Numbered from the stretch's first letter, positions 26,901 through 41,100 are shown. The stretch is 64,000 nucleotides of DNA from Bugula neritina (GCA_964035545.1 OZ037767.1:9062581-9126580), one strand, 5' to 3'. Translations and numbers: made by a program. Notes: generated from the letters alone by a model not told the origin.

Positions 26901-29900
26901 GCAAAATGTCTGCATTGCTAATAATTTGGTTGAAAATAGTTTGCCACGAAAAAGCGTAAAAAAGCAAAGATGTGAATCCTATACATCTAGAAATTTTCAA
27001 TCTTATGGAAATGTTAAAAACACGTTATAAATAAATAATGTGGACACATCAAAGTTATTGATCAGACAATTAAACGAAAAGGAGATTCCATGTAATACAA
27101 GACAAGGAAAGTATACAGGAATCAAGAAAATAAATAGACAGATCTAAAAATTCTGCTGAAATTTTGTATAAACTTCCATTTTTTAAATAATACTTACCTC
27201 TACTAAAGTAGGGTCTCCTGACTGTATCAATTATAATAACTATACTTCTAATGTACTCAAGATGAAAAATAGTGCAAATGTTTTCAGGGCAATAAAATGT
27301 CAACTTCATGATTTAATTATTTCATTAAAAGAGATATCCAAACTTCAAAGAGACCTAGAACTTGAAGAACATAGGTTCAACTAGTCTATCAAAATAAAAC
27401 AAGAAGCACATTGTACTCTTTAGAACTTTCACTAGTAACTTTACAGGAAATACTGCAATTGGGCTTATATATAAAACCATCAACACACTATGGAACTGCC
27501 TGCCTACAGTGTTACAGGAGATATTTTATTGTAAGCAGGGCTCAAGATTAGGCAGTAGACAACTCCAACTTTGACCAAGATGAAACCACTCCAATCAATA
27601 TTATCTATCATATACAACCACAGACAAATGTATAAAGAATCAGTTTTATAATTTCTTTCAGGAATAAACTACCCCAACACACACTGGCTCTGGAGAGAAA
27701 TTCTGACTGTTATTATACCATACCACTATCAGCTGCTGTTGCTGCCTCTCTTTTTGACGAGCCTTAACAGCTTTTAGAAGAGCTTTTTGTTCACGAGCTA
27801 GTTGCTTTCTCCTTTCAATTCGAAGTTGTCTTCTTTCCTCTCGAGCTGATTTAGTTAGGGGAGTTCGTTTGATCACCAAAGTCGTGACGGATGAAGAGGT
27901 GGGAGGCCTGTTATACATACAAACATTATTCAGTTACGGAACTTTGTCAAAAGCCGTTGGTGATATGTTATACCAATTCTTGTTTCAGCAATAATTATTA
28001 TTTCAGTAGTAGTTAGTATAGAGTCTGAAATAGGGGCAGATCAAACAGATTCCCTATATACTTATACATCATTCTGTTAAAATAGGTTTTATATGCAGTA
28101 TAGCAGTTATTTAGTTTAACAGCCATCATAACTAAATACTTATATATATATATGGCATGGTATAGTTAGTATACACAGTCATACTACGAACAATATATTT
28201 GAGCTGTAAAATGGTTAGTCTATTGGCTAGTATTTTAGTTGGTATATTAGTTACTATAGTAGCTGGTATAATAGTTAGTCTAGTCACTAGTGGGTAATAG
28301 AGTAGTTAGTATAGTAGTTATATAATAGTTACAGTAATATAGTGGGTAGTAGAGTAGTTAGTATAGTAGTTATATAATAGTTACAGTAATATAGTGGGTA
28401 GTAGAGTAGTTAGTATAGTAGTTATATAATAGTTACAGTAATATAGTGGGTAGTAGAGTAGTTAGTATAGTAGTTATATAATAGTTACAGTAATGTAGTT
28501 GTTAGTAAAGTAGTCCGTGCAGTAATTAGTCAGGTAGTCCATCTAAATTAATAGAACATATGATATCATAAGCAATATTTTATAATAAATATTCTAATAA
28601 AAATACCTTCATAATGATTTACAAAGCTGCAACTTAACAGGAGTTTCTATAAGCTAAAAATAGCAAATTGAGATAAAAGGTGTGGCTGATAGGTTATTGG
28701 TAAGCTACTCATGTGCTATACCATTATTAGTATGGTGTATAATGTGAAGGTTATTGGTGGATTGATGTCATGACAAAATACCGGGCATACAAGCGGGTAT
28801 AAAGAGCTAATAGCGGACATGTTGAAGCAATAAGTAATCACAGAAGACTAGCAGTGGGATATAAAAGCTTTGTCATTCTCTAAAATACCATAACAAAATA
28901 CTTTAATATCTATTTTCCATTTGATGTAATAATTAGGTTTTAATTATCAGTATTGATCACATGACTTTAGCCAACCATAGGTGACAAGGGTTCAAGCATT
29001 CCAAATCTATTCTATTTGCATAATTATATAATATTTAGTTTATGTCAGGTTGTTAGTCAGCTTCTGTGATATAAAATATATGCAAGTAGTGCTAATAAAT
29101 ATAAAGTAGAATGATACCTCTTTTGGAAAAATGATCTAAAATGAATATAGAGAAGGCATTAAAACCTCAACACATAAAGTTATCAAACTCAGCCCATGTA
29201 ATGAAATTAAATAAGTTACCAGTTGAAAAGTTGCCATTGGAATTAGTGAGTCACCACATTAAATTTGACCTCTGTTAATAAAGCATTACCTAAATACATC
29301 AGAGAAAACATTTAGTATGACATGCATGCCGTTCTAGTATCATACTGTGGCTAGGGATATATACAAGGAGAGTTTCAAGGGAGACAACCTCTTACCTGAT
29401 TCTCATGAAAGGTTTGGTTACTATGACTCTGGAACTGTCAACATCACATGTTATGTGAATTCTCTCCAGAGGAAACTGCGGTCTTACGTCTTCCTCGCCA
29501 AAACGAGCTGCCTGAGCACTAAAAGTATGGGATACGGTATGCTATGGAACTACATTAATATATTATAGTACTTGTATGCATACATGAGGTATGTACAATA
29601 CGTGTGTAGAGCATAGTATATGCAGGCATCAAGTGAAAACCTGTTGAATAGTTGGTGTCTCTCAGCCTACACATACAAAGATAACCTGATAAGTGTTGGT
29701 AACTTAGCTGATACAGTGTGAAAACAAAAATAAGTAAAAATGGCACTTCAACACTTTACAATTCAGATTTTCATTTTCTTGCAGTATTGCAAGTCTTAAT
29801 ACTAAAAAAATGAGCCAAAAATAATTTACAAACTGAAGGCACACATTCACTAAAAATGAATAACATGCTCAAAGGTCAAAAGTAATCAGCTTCGAAGAAT

Positions 29901-32900
29901 TTCCTTATTACAAGTTATGTTATGTAAGTTACTCGAGAGAAATGCAGTCACTCTTTGCAACCGCTCTACTCACTCGAGGAAGAGCTTGACGTCATACTTA
30001 AGGTAGAGAGTCCAGGGCTCTACGAGAGCGTCTATAGCAAAGGTCTTGGCTTGTTCAAGGAGATCTACACCAACAAAGTCTGTAGACATTTCTAGGTGTT
30101 TGAGTATATTCCTTCTACTCTCAGTGTCCAAGTCTAAAATTAGACAAACTTTAGAATAGCATCTTACCACTCAGTTAAAATACTTATTACATGCTTTAGA
30201 AGACATATTAGGTAAAAGATTTTGCTGCTATCCAATATTGTATTCAGAGAAAGTTAAATTGTGATTCGCTGAGTAGATAATAGATAATTTATGGTAAAGT
30301 CATAGTGATAATAAACTGTGAATATAACCCTCATATAACTATTTATGTCCAACGCAGGCTGCATAGTGCTTTGTAAGCATACAATATGCAATATAAACTA
30401 CATACTGCTAATTCTCATAGTGTAAAACTCTGCGTTACACGGCACTGTATATAGTAGTTAACGAGTACAGGAGTTGGTGCACTTACCAATATCACGAGGA
30501 CTCGAGTCCGCAATGTACATGCTGTAAATATTCCAAGCCTGATTCATCCTCAGCAGACGATCAGCTGACCGATCTTCTGCATCTCCGTAGTCTGTTACAG
30601 CTTCCCAAAACAATAGCTTAGACAGAAGAGTACATTTCTCAAACCTACATAACGTTAGAATGTTCACGTGTGTATGTCTGCAAGTACTGTTATAATATAT
30701 TCACAGTTGGATAACCTAATAAACATATATGCAGTTTGTACAGATATGAATACATTTAGTCTGCCTTACTTTGCTAAATAAGCTCTGAATGGTCCGCCAG
30801 CCTTTCGATCCGTCTGCAGGGCATGCAGCATTTTCGACTTTAAGTCGGGTCTATATGAAAAAAATAGAACATTGCGCAATAGTAGAGGTATGTGTTTATT
30901 AGAGGCTAATTATAGAATTCATACATATAAAAATAATACTAAAAATTTAATCAATTAAAACATACAATAGGTTGAGTTAAATGACAACAAAAAGACATTG
31001 ATGCAAGAATATTATGCTGCCCATTAAAATGTCTGTATGACATCACCAATGCAACAGTTCCTTAGTATCTCATCGCATAGTCTGCATTAAACTAAATATA
31101 TACATATTATTTTTCAAAATATTTAAAACAAAAAACTTTTGATGATCTTACTAACATTGTCACGAGCTTCACAGGTCTGAGAATTCCTCCAGATTTGACA
31201 CGGGAGTCAAGTTTACGACCACCTTGAGACACCTGTGTCCAGTTGTCATGACCATAGGTGGCAAGTTGGAGTATTCGGTTATGATCAATTGGTAGCGAAT
31301 TGACAAAGGAGATCTTGGGAAGAAAATGATCACTGAGTCTATCCAGTTTAGTTTGCGATTCTTTTTGCACAGCTGTGTTTAGTTGGTGAAAACCAAGCAG
31401 TGTACTAAAGCCATATAATATAATATAATATAATATAATATAACATAATATAATATAACATAATATAATATAACATAATATAATATAGGACTGCTACTCA
31501 AACTGGGCAACTAATCAAATAATATATTGTTGCATAATCGGAATTTATCAGCCCAGACATGTAGTATTATAATACGTAGAAGCAAGTTTATTGCATCCCA
31601 ATTGAATTATCACAATTGGGAGTTTTCTTTCCTTTAGTCATAGTGCAAATCTAGACTAAAGCTACAAGAACATTCAAAATAGAATTCGTCCAGTTCAAAA
31701 TTGTATTGAATTTAAACATTGCCATAAAAATGATTGAGTATGTTAAACAAAACTGACTGAAAATTAACTATATACATGAATACGTAAATATGTATATACA
31801 TAACGAAAACCTACTCATAATTCACTGCTAATATCTTACTTCAATTCATTAGCCTTTTCTTTATGAAGAATGAATCGAGGTAGCCAGTAGGTTCTCAGTC
31901 GTCTCAGTATGTCGTACTGAGTTCGTATGAATACTGTATGACTCAGCTGATAGGAGCACGCTGCCTTTCTAATCTGCGTCTTGGCATCTGCCGTGAGACT
32001 GAGTTTGTACTTGTCTTGGATATCTCTGTAAAACAAACCAATTTCATCTTCCGTAATGCAGTGTAATGGATTGGAGAGTTGTGATCCCCACGTTCTAGAA
32101 CTTTCTAGAACGCATGGCATCATTATTATAATTATACTCCGTAATGTAGTTCTATTGTTAATTATAATATTGCAACAGCCAACACACAATACCAGTTCTA
32201 ATGTTACTATAAAGTCGTGTATAAGACTAAACAGTTCAAATAAGATTACCGAAACAGCTGGTTCCGTGAAGCCATTTTCATAATTTCGTCATGGTCTGCC
32301 ATTGTGTCTTTGAACGTCTCACAGTCGAGCCAAAAGTTGAATAAATCCATTCCATTGGTTCCGGCCAGAAACTCTTTCAACTCTTCCATGCCAGCTCTCT
32401 GAAAACATCTTACATGGCAATAAAATGCTACTAAAAGAGAGTCTGTAGAAAATATTCATCAAACTTATAATACATATTTATAGAGCATTGGCAGTCATTT
32501 CAATCTATATGAAATATAATAACTAATATTCTATAAAAGCATTTGTCACATTTTTACTGCTCAGTAGCAAGTTGCTACATTGAAATAAGCAAAAGTTTTT
32601 ACACCTAACCTTTAGTACAAAATGCTTGGTTTGAAGAAAATGATAAAAACTTTTTAGTACTTACCCTAAATACCCCATAAGAATGGGTAGCATTGTGTCA
32701 TTAATATTGTTTGAGTGTTTAATTGCATTTCAATGTTTAACAGATATTATAATATATCCTTTTTTTTGTACATTTCAATAAAGCAATTTCATAGTTGATT
32801 AAATTAAATAACTATTTTGGAAAAAATCACATACATCAGTGGATTTGAACCCATATACTAGTCATTAGGCCACTGCTGGTTCAAATCCTCAACTTTACTT

Positions 32901-35900
32901 TTTCTCACAACCCTTTTTATGATGTGTAATAACAATAAGGGAATGAGAGGTAGCATGTACAACACACTCACACTGGCAAATATTCTCTCCTTCATTTGTT
33001 GAAGGGACATGTTGAACTTTCCCTCAAGGTTCTTCATATCAGACTCTGTTTGTTGCTCACTAGCCTTGTCCTCATTGTAGGACACAAACTTCTGTCCGTC
33101 CAAAGTACCTTCCAGTCCGTCATCAAGGAAGATATCAGTGAAATCTGTGTACATTGGTATATGGAGAAACTCTTTGTAGTTGATCGGTGCAGATATAGAC
33201 CTAGATTAAATTGTTAGATACATAAATGGCACTACTGTTGAGACATTCCAAGAGCATTGAAAGCTTTTGTTACATTGAGTTAATATGTCAACACCAATCA
33301 CACATCATTACAGCTTTAATTGGAGTTTTATAGCTATTTTATGCCTTTTCTGTATTTTGTATGGCATAACTTATGTACAGCTATTTTGGCTATAACACAA
33401 AAAGCTAACTTTAAGACTATTATATAAACTCAGCACTTTATGACATTCATTATTTTTCAATCAATCTTTGCTGGTAAATACACATCTATTAAAGCAAGAA
33501 AACTACATGGTCACATACATACTTTTCTGGTGTTGCATATTAACATGAAATAGACAACGTGCATGGATTAAATAACAATTGCAACTTTGACTATTTCCAG
33601 CCGCAATAATTTAAAAAACAAGATTACCTAAGTGGCTTTATCCTTCGTTCAGAGTACAGAGCATTGGCAATGTTCTCTACAATAGATATATGATGAGATC
33701 AGGTGTTTAACCTTTAAAGTCATGTCATTCCATACTATATGATGATTCCTATTTAGCAGAACATCAAGCCTTAATTTATTATTATAACATAACTCAAAAC
33801 TATAAAGTCAAGCATATAAACTAGTAAAAGGATTGAAAATATTAAAAATATGTGAAAACAGGTAGACATGTAGTAGGTGCACATAGTCTACCCGAAACAT
33901 AAAACAGTAAGTTTTATGTTATATATTGACCCAGTTATAATTCAAGTCGACTATAAAAGGCAACAGGTTTCAACAGTGATAAATAAATAATACATATATC
34001 AATCTTATGACTCAATCAACGATTGTATAAATATTAACCAGTAGCATTAAAAAATCGGTGTTCTTGCTTATTAGACAATAAATATGTAGTTGCAATCTTA
34101 TTGATGGAGAGCCCAACTTCTAAATACCTTGCTCTTCAACCGACAAGAAGGTAGCTTGTCTTGTAACACCTGATACATCTCCATTTGTGCCGTCTGGGCT
34201 CACTACCCCACCCTCATCCGAGTCTCTTCTGTTGGAGAAAATAACCCTCTTAGTGCGGCTACCATGCCTACCAGCCTGCTGCTTCGTACTTTTCCCTTTC
34301 TCACTCTTCGCAGACCGTGCTAATGTTAAACGTACAAAACTGTGTGAATAGAAGTTAATATAAGTATAATACTGTTTAGGGACAACTGTTATAACAAATT
34401 ATATTCTCACAAACTATACTGGAAAATAGAGGTAAGTACAGTAATGGATAAATTGAGAAAAGCCTGTGCTCTAGATGAAAACTGTAGCCAAAGAAGTCAT
34501 ATTCTTGCAAGAATGTCATCCTGCACCCCTTTAACAAAAAATAAAGAACTTAGGCTATCTTAATTTCTCCACTACTGTTCATAAATGGGATAATGAATGC
34601 AAAATTTGTTCATATATAACTGTTGCCCAACCCAAAGTTAACAAAATCATGAAACAAAGACTATAGTGATTCTTAAGTCATTTAAATTATTTGTTTAATG
34701 AAAAATTATAACTACTTCAACGGAATGTCTTGTAATATGATAACACAATCAATAATATATCAAATAAAGTCCATTGCTTTATTAATGACTCATTTTACAA
34801 TTCAATAAAAAGAATAATAGAAATTAAGTTGTTAAGAAATGCAGTAAATACAGTAAATACTAATTCAGTCTGTGACAGTTGTGTGAAAGTTTTGAGTCAA
34901 CAAGACAGAAGCCTCAGACGGTGAAACTGACGTACCATGTCCGAGCTGTACGGGGAGGCTGATGGCCCGGCTGCCGTGCTGATCAGCGCCATATCTGTCG
35001 CTTGAGCCACTCCACTCTTCATCATAGTCATCTTCATTAGCCGAGTTATCTGCTGAGTTACTGAGTGAGGAGACGTAGCTCTCCGTCTGCCTACTATAAC
35101 CTCGGATTTGTGAGGATTTATGGCTAGCGCTGGATTGAAATCTTTCTTCTAGTGTCCTCAGCAACAATTTCACTAGTTTCAGTTTTCTAAAGAGAGTTGT
35201 TCTACAACATAGAATTATAATAAACATTTACATACTTGAGGAAAGACTACTAACTCCTATAGCATGAAATTAAAACCTAGTAATACATGAAAACTAGAAT
35301 TATGCAAGAAAATACTGATTCAAAATAGCGGTTGTGTAGACAGTAACAAAATTATTAACATAATAGTAAAATCATTTTAAATTAAAATTTCTCCTTAAAT
35401 GAGGCTTTTAGGTTCAAAATAAATATTTTATGAACATCATGACTATTATGCAAGTTTTTGAAAGTCTTAGGTGGTGAGAGTTTATTTATTATTTTAAATA
35501 ACCACAGTAAGAAAAATATTGAATTTGACAACACATCTCTGTTTGAAGAGGTAGGAGCAGTAATGAGAAATTGAGAAAAGCCTGTGTTCTAGATGAGAAA
35601 TGTAGCAAAAGAAGTTATGTTCATGCAAGAATTTCAACCCACGCCCAAACCAAAATTTATAAAGAAATTAGGCTATTTCAATTACTCCACTACTGCTTCG
35701 AAATGTCATTGAATTCAAGCCTTTGAAAATCTCACCATTCATTTATTATTATAGAATTCCAGTTAAATTATGTGGAAGATGTCCTTTTCGCAGATGTTAT
35801 GATTTATATTTATACCAAGGAAATACATCTGTAGCTTTTAAATGTAACAAAACAAACAACTCCAACACTAAAATATTTGGAATACAACTTAAAACAGATC

Positions 35901-36864
35901 CTTACTTTAACAAACTAGTTGACAGTTTTATTCTCTAAAACCTGCTGACAAAACTTACTCTAGAAAATATGGCAGCCGATTATTCTTGCACCACTCCAAC
36001 ATGCTCTCTCGTTCTTCATCTGAGACGCCATAACGTTTCTCACTTCTAGATTCAAGAGCAGATCTTGACAAAGCAGATGTAGGGAGTTGAACAGAAGCTC
36101 TACCTGCGTCAGGCTGGGCAACAATTTCCTGGAAGGTACCTACCAGCCGATCATACTCTAACGGCTCGGCAAATGCCTGAAATTAATATTACAATAGAAG
36201 AAAAATAAGAAAATGACTTTAAGAAGTGCACAAAAACTCACTCACGCAAGTTTACAGTCACCATCCCTGTGAGAAAACCCCTGATGTAAGAGATTTTTGT
36301 TAAATGGGCTAAGGACTTATTCAGATGAGGCACAGAAGCAATTATGACTGGATGCTCTTCCTAACATCACCAATGGCCTTTGTTGGGGTTCGGACCCATG
36401 ACTTCATGTTTACTAGGCAAACACTCTAACCCCTAGACCTCGGCTGCTCCATTTAGTTTCTGATAGAATTTATACAATTCAATAACCAAAAAAAAAAAAT
36501 TTCTAGCATTAACTTGTGTGTACAAAGTAGTTCATTTGTGTACTAGCTACTAGTTTCTAACAAGGTTCAGTTTCTACTGTGATTTCTACTTACGGGTAGT
36601 TGAAGAAATGCATTGAAATAATCTAAAAATTGGTCATCATAAGTGAGCAAGTCTTCTAAAGTGTCTTCATTCAGATCAACAGCTAAAACAAATGTGCAAC
36701 AGATTAAAAACAACATCAGCTAAAATCTATTGCAACCCTGCCAGAAATACAAAGGAATGTATTCAGAAAAATAATAAAATTACATTACAGTCAACTTGTT
36801 GCGGCAAATAATTTATTGGTTTAAATATAATTTTAGTATTATAAATACTTAAACTACCTGGCAT
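17989..36864 (-). CDS. RGS22: Regulator of G-protein signaling 22-like protein (multiple RGS-like domains), ~28 exons
   Basis: Start exon 36864-36858 plus 36682-36594 give MPAVDLNEDTLEDLLTYDDQFLDYFNAFLQLP (RGS22 N-terminus). Further exons: 36176-35959 (WCKNNRLPYFLE), 35201-34936, 34319-34128, 33676-33628, 33200-32972, 32398-32250 (FLAGTNGMDLFNFWLDCETFK), 32025-31840 (LRTYWLPRF), 31404-31156, ~30850-30770 (ALQTDRKAGGPF), ~30643-30488, ~30133-29974, 29518-~29396, ~27907-27724, ~26215-25989, ~25574-25442, ~25040-24861, ~24445-24386, ~23861-23736, ~23560-23476, ~23154-23035, ~21855-21699, ~21299-21166 (FYLEVQKYK), ~20539-20350, ~19440-19276, ~18668-18635, ~18123-17989. The last exons are less certain. 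Confidence 0.8.
19467..19896. mobile_element. Foldback/MITE family B, ~430-bp almost fully palindromic element
   Basis: Left arm atgtgggtcattttacttaatttagtacacact... is the reverse complement of the right arm ...agtgtgtactaaattaagcaaaatggcccatat; central hairpin gactgttacg-aaaaaac-cataacagtc. Confidence 0.85.
28290..28500. repeat. 52-bp minisatellite, about 4 copies
   Basis: agagtagttagtatagtagttatataatagttacagtaatatagtgggtagt at 28299, 28351, 28403 and 28455. Confidence 0.9.
31413..31487. repeat. (TAATA)n pentanucleotide microsatellite
   Basis: atataatataatataacata... Confidence 0.85.
34438..34578. mobile_element. MITE family A copy
   Basis: acagtaatggataaattgagaaaagcc ... ggctatcttaatttctccactactgt. 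Confidence 0.7.
35555..35696. mobile_element. MITE family A copy
   Basis: gagcagtaatgagaaattgagaaaagcc ... ggctatttcaattactcccactactgc. Confidence 0.7.
36233..36450 (-). mobile_element. tRNA-derived SINE
   Basis: Reverse complement of the SINE at 2788/12874; head ggagcagccgaggtctaggggttagag, B box gggtccgaaccc. Confidence 0.8.
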
Positions 36865-37824
36865 GTTTATATTATTAGACATCGTGAAACCCAATGAGGC
36901 TACCTTAAACACAAAATGTCACATGCACAAGCAATACAGATTTCATAATAATTGTTGTTTTCCCACATTCAAGAAATGTTTTATGGTGTTTAAAGTGTAA
37001 TGATAAATACGTATAATTACCTTAATGATATAAAATATGGTTTAATTTGTTAATATTGCTCCATAATATATATGCAAGTATAATATTAATATTATGTTGA
37101 ATCTTTTGTAAATACAATCACTTTTCATTTTTACACGTCAATTTAATTAAATTGGCTTGTAACAAAAGTCTTAACCTATTCACTAGTTATTACTATTTCC
37201 ACTGCAAAAGTTAGTGCTTCTTTTAAATCAAAAATATTATTTAAACATTTACTCAGAAGTAGTGGTAAGTTAAGAAATAGTTTGCTACTTTAACAATAAT
37301 CCACAACACCTGTCTGCCAAAAAAAAAGAAATTATTTCATCAACAAACCTTTCATTTTACCCACAATCTTTGCTGATCTCTATAATTACGAGTACTTCAT
37401 CCTGCCAAAAAGTTGAGAACAATATAACACAAAACATTGTAACTAGCATAGACACCAATACATTTAATTACAGAAAAAATTCACCCTCCACATTCTACCT
37501 ACTTGTCATACAAAATACTAGAAAAAAACAATTATCAACTACGCATGAGTAGATTGCAATAACTGTTACCAGCTTGCTAAAACAGTTTTACAGTAAAAAT
37601 AATTATGGCTATTCACTCCTATTCGCAAATATTTGACATTTAGGTATATAAAAATAACGTAATTGTTCATTCAGTTCAATTTTACAAATCAAAATAATAC
37701 AACAAAAAATTAAAATTTTTACATGTGTATAACAACATGTGTACAGTTTTTACACTTTAACTTTGCAAACTTTACTTTCTTATCAGTTATTACAGTTTCA
37801 TTTTAAAATTGACATTTGTAATAC

Positions 37825-38101
37825 TGTAATGGGGCGTGGTTTACGCCTCATGCGTATCCCCCTGCCAATCAGAGAGTGATTGGCAATTATTGGATGAAGC
37901 CAAGCAGAACAATTTATATTAGTTAGTTAGCGTATACTTGCCGTGATGTAAAGTAACCTTGTACTACTACTTATAGAGATTTTTACGCCATTATTACAGT
38001 TTTATAATAAAGTCTTACACACGAAAATAAGAGTGAATTGCTTGTGACTAAATGCACATTGCTCACTAGAAGCCCACACAAACATTGTGCTTCGCACAAC
38101 A
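37825..38101 (+). repeat. 5' LTR
   Basis: TGTAATGGGGCGTGG...TTCGCACAACA, identical to 44965-45241. Contains GC box GGGGCGTGG, inverted CCAAT pair and AATAAA at ~38006. Confidence 0.97.
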
Positions 38102-38102
38102 G

Positions 38103-38120
38103 TGGTGGCAGCGGTGGGAT
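38103..38120 (+). promoter_or_regulatory. Primer binding site complementary to the tRNA-Leu 3' end
   Basis: TGGTGGCAGCGGTGGGAT, 1 nt after the LTR, is the reverse complement of ATCCCACCGCTGCCA-CCA of eukaryotic tRNA-Leu(AAG). Confidence 0.9.
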
Positions 38121-38153
38121 ATTTCTAGCTGAGACAATGAAGAGACGGAGAAT

Positions 38154-41100
38154 ATGACAGAGCACACAACGAAGCACCCGGGAGGTAAGCCAGCCAATTT
38201 CTTGCATATGGAGGAGGTGTATAGAAGTAAACTGACCGCTCCCACCTTCACGGGTGTAGAAGACGTAGAGCAATTCATTGAAGAATTCCACGATGTAGCA
38301 AACGTCGCTCAATGGCCGCCACAAGTAGCCCTCGTCAAGCTGCGGGAAGTATTGACGGAGCGCGCTAGACCGTTTGGACAAGGACGGAGCGTGGCGGAAA
38401 TACTCACTACACTACGGAGCCGTTTTGGCATCCCCGCTCTGGAAGCCAGAGCCCGTCTACAGGTGCTACGCCAGGCGGAAGGCACTCCACTCCGCGACCA
38501 CGTTGCCTTAGTGAAGAGGCTGGCGCGGAGCGCGTACAGCGACCTACCAGAAGCACACCGACGGTACTTTACTCTCATTGACTTTATGCAATCCCTAAAG
38601 GATGTGGGTCTTTGCCATCAACTACAGGCAAAGGGAGTGACCACCCTAGAAAGTGCCCTACAAGTCGGAGAAGACTACCTCTGGGCCGAACGGTTACATA
38701 CAAGGAAACCAGAAAGCACACAAGTCACCGCGGAGATAGCCCAATCACTTGGAGGGAAGATGGGCCAGCTGAGTACCAGGCTGAGACAGATGGCAAAGAC
38801 TCTTACTAATGCCGGGCCCCCTAATCAAGGACAAAAGAGAAAGACTACCCGGAGTGAGAGCAACAACCAGCCAGGGCCTCCCCGCTCCAGAGACCCCCAA
38901 CCCAGGAAGAGAGAACAACCCCAGGTATGGCAGAAACCACGAAGGACCACCCGCCCTCTTGGGCGACCGGAGCCGTTCGTGCTACCACTCACCAACCGCT
39001 TTAGCCAGCTACCGGAGACGGAGCTGGCCGGCGAGGTCCCTCGGGACATCGGAAGGGAAATAAACACCCCTCCGCCAAAAAAGCGGCGCTCGCCTACCAC
39101 CAAACGGACACCACGCCGTTTGACCGAGGCTACGCATGCTGGGGAGGTAAGGTTGCAGCCACATGGAGAAAGCTACTTCCTGCCCGGGAAAGTAGCCGGC
39201 AAGGCCGTCACGTTCTTGCTGGACTCCGGTTGCAACACAAACCTTCTCAGCAGACGAGTCTTCGATGCCCTCCCTGCCCAGGTGAGGAAGGGATTAGCTC
39301 CCTACACCGGGGAACCTGGCACCCTCGCAGACGGGTCGTGTATCCCTTTCTACGGTGTTGTAGAGCTGCCTGGTCGCGTCCGCGACCAGGCCATCCAAGA
39401 GACATTTATCCTCAGCCAGCTGGAAGAGGATGCTATCCTGGGGACGCCGTTCTTGAAACGACACCAGTGCCACATAGACTTCCATAAGTCCGCCATACTA
39501 ATGGCAGGCCGGGAGCTCTCTTGTGTCGACAAGTTCGGTCGCCCCCTGGTCGGGGGCGTGCAGGTGGTCCGTAACTGTACGGTACCCGGCCGCTCCCGGG
39601 CGACCATTCACTGTAGAGTGAATGACCGCCAGCTCTCTGGACTAGGGGTTGTCGAAGGAACGCACCAGAGAATCCAACTCGCCAGCAGCTTAAATCGGCT
39701 GACTGACCGAGGGGAGATCTTGGTGCAGTGCGTCAACCCCTTTTCAGAGTCGGTGACACTACCGTCTGGATCCCTATTGGGCCGTTTCCACACGGTCCAA
39801 GAGGGAGACATAGGACCGTCGCTGGGCGAAGCGACGGAGGGTCCCCAAGAGCGCCCGTCTGTACGGCGGGGGACCGTCCCGGAACACGTCCAGGAACTAT
39901 ACGAGTCAGCCTGCAAAGGCTGTGCGGGCAACAAGGAGCGCCAGGCTATGGCCCAGTTGCTGCGCCAGTATGGGGACGTGTTCAGCAGCGGAGACCAGGA
40001 CATGGGCTTAACCAAAGCCATCTGTCACGAGATACCGCTAGCTGCCGGGACTTTGCCTATCCGCCAACCTACCCGGAGACTGGGACCAGAGAAGGAGAAG
40101 GAGGTCAGCCGACAAGTCCGGGATCTTCTGGACCGCGGCATCGTAGAGCCTGCGCATAGTGCGTGGAGCTCGCCGGTCGTCCTGGTCCGGAAGAAAGACG
40201 GCAGTTGGCGGTTCTGTGTGGATTACCGCAAACTTAACAGCGTAACCATACAGGACGCCTACCCTTTACCTCGGATCGATGAATCCCTGGACGCCTTAGC
40301 CGGCAGCAAGTACTTCAGTACTTTAGACTTGCTGAGCGGTTACTGGCAAGTCCCCCTCAGTCCCGACGCCCAGGAAAAAGCGGCGTTCATCACCAGGGAC
40401 GGGCTGTGGAAGTGGAAGGTACTGCCCTTCGGGTTAACCTCTGCCCCTGCCACCTTCCAGCGGCTCATGGAACAGGTCCTCAGCGGCCTCCACTGGAAGA
40501 CACTGCTCGTCTACCTCGACGACGTCATCGTGATCTCCCCAGACTTCGCGACCCACGTCAGTCGTCTGAGGGAGGTCTTCGAACGACTCCGAGGTGCCGG
40601 TCTCAAGCTTAAACCTTCCAAATGCGCTCTCTTGCAGCCGGAGGTGAAGTACCTGGGGCACGTAGTCGGCCGTAATGGCGTGGCGACGGACCCCGATAAG
40701 GTGCGGGCTGTGGCCGACTGGGTCACCCCCCAGGATTTGACCGGACTCCGGGCTTTCCTGGGGCTGGTAGGGTATTACAGACAATACATACCAGACTTTG
40801 GGGGAGTTGCAAAGCCACTAAATCGGCTCACCGCAAAGGGGGTGGCCTGGCAGTGGACACCAGTCGAACAGAGGGCATTCGACAGTCTCAAGAGCCGCTT
40901 GCTAGAAGCTCCAATCCTGGCCTACCCAGACCCCACTCTGGAATATATCCTTGACACAGACGCCAGTGACCAGAATGTTGGTGCTGTGCTGTCGCAAGTG
41001 CAAGAGGGCCGTGAAGTAGTCGTAGCTTACTACAGCAAATCACTCTCACCTCCAGAGCGCAATTACTGCACCACTCGCAAAGAGTTGTTGGCAGTAATTA

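Noticed and set aside
28290-28500. CRISPR-like array (also 51139-51273 and 8263-8410)
   Set aside because: Head-to-tail repeats without unique spacers, eukaryotic context, no cas genes.
36380-36450. tRNA gene (also the heads of the other SINE copies)
   Set aside because: A/B boxes belong to a dispersed, diverged SINE family; no clean cloverleaf or terminator.
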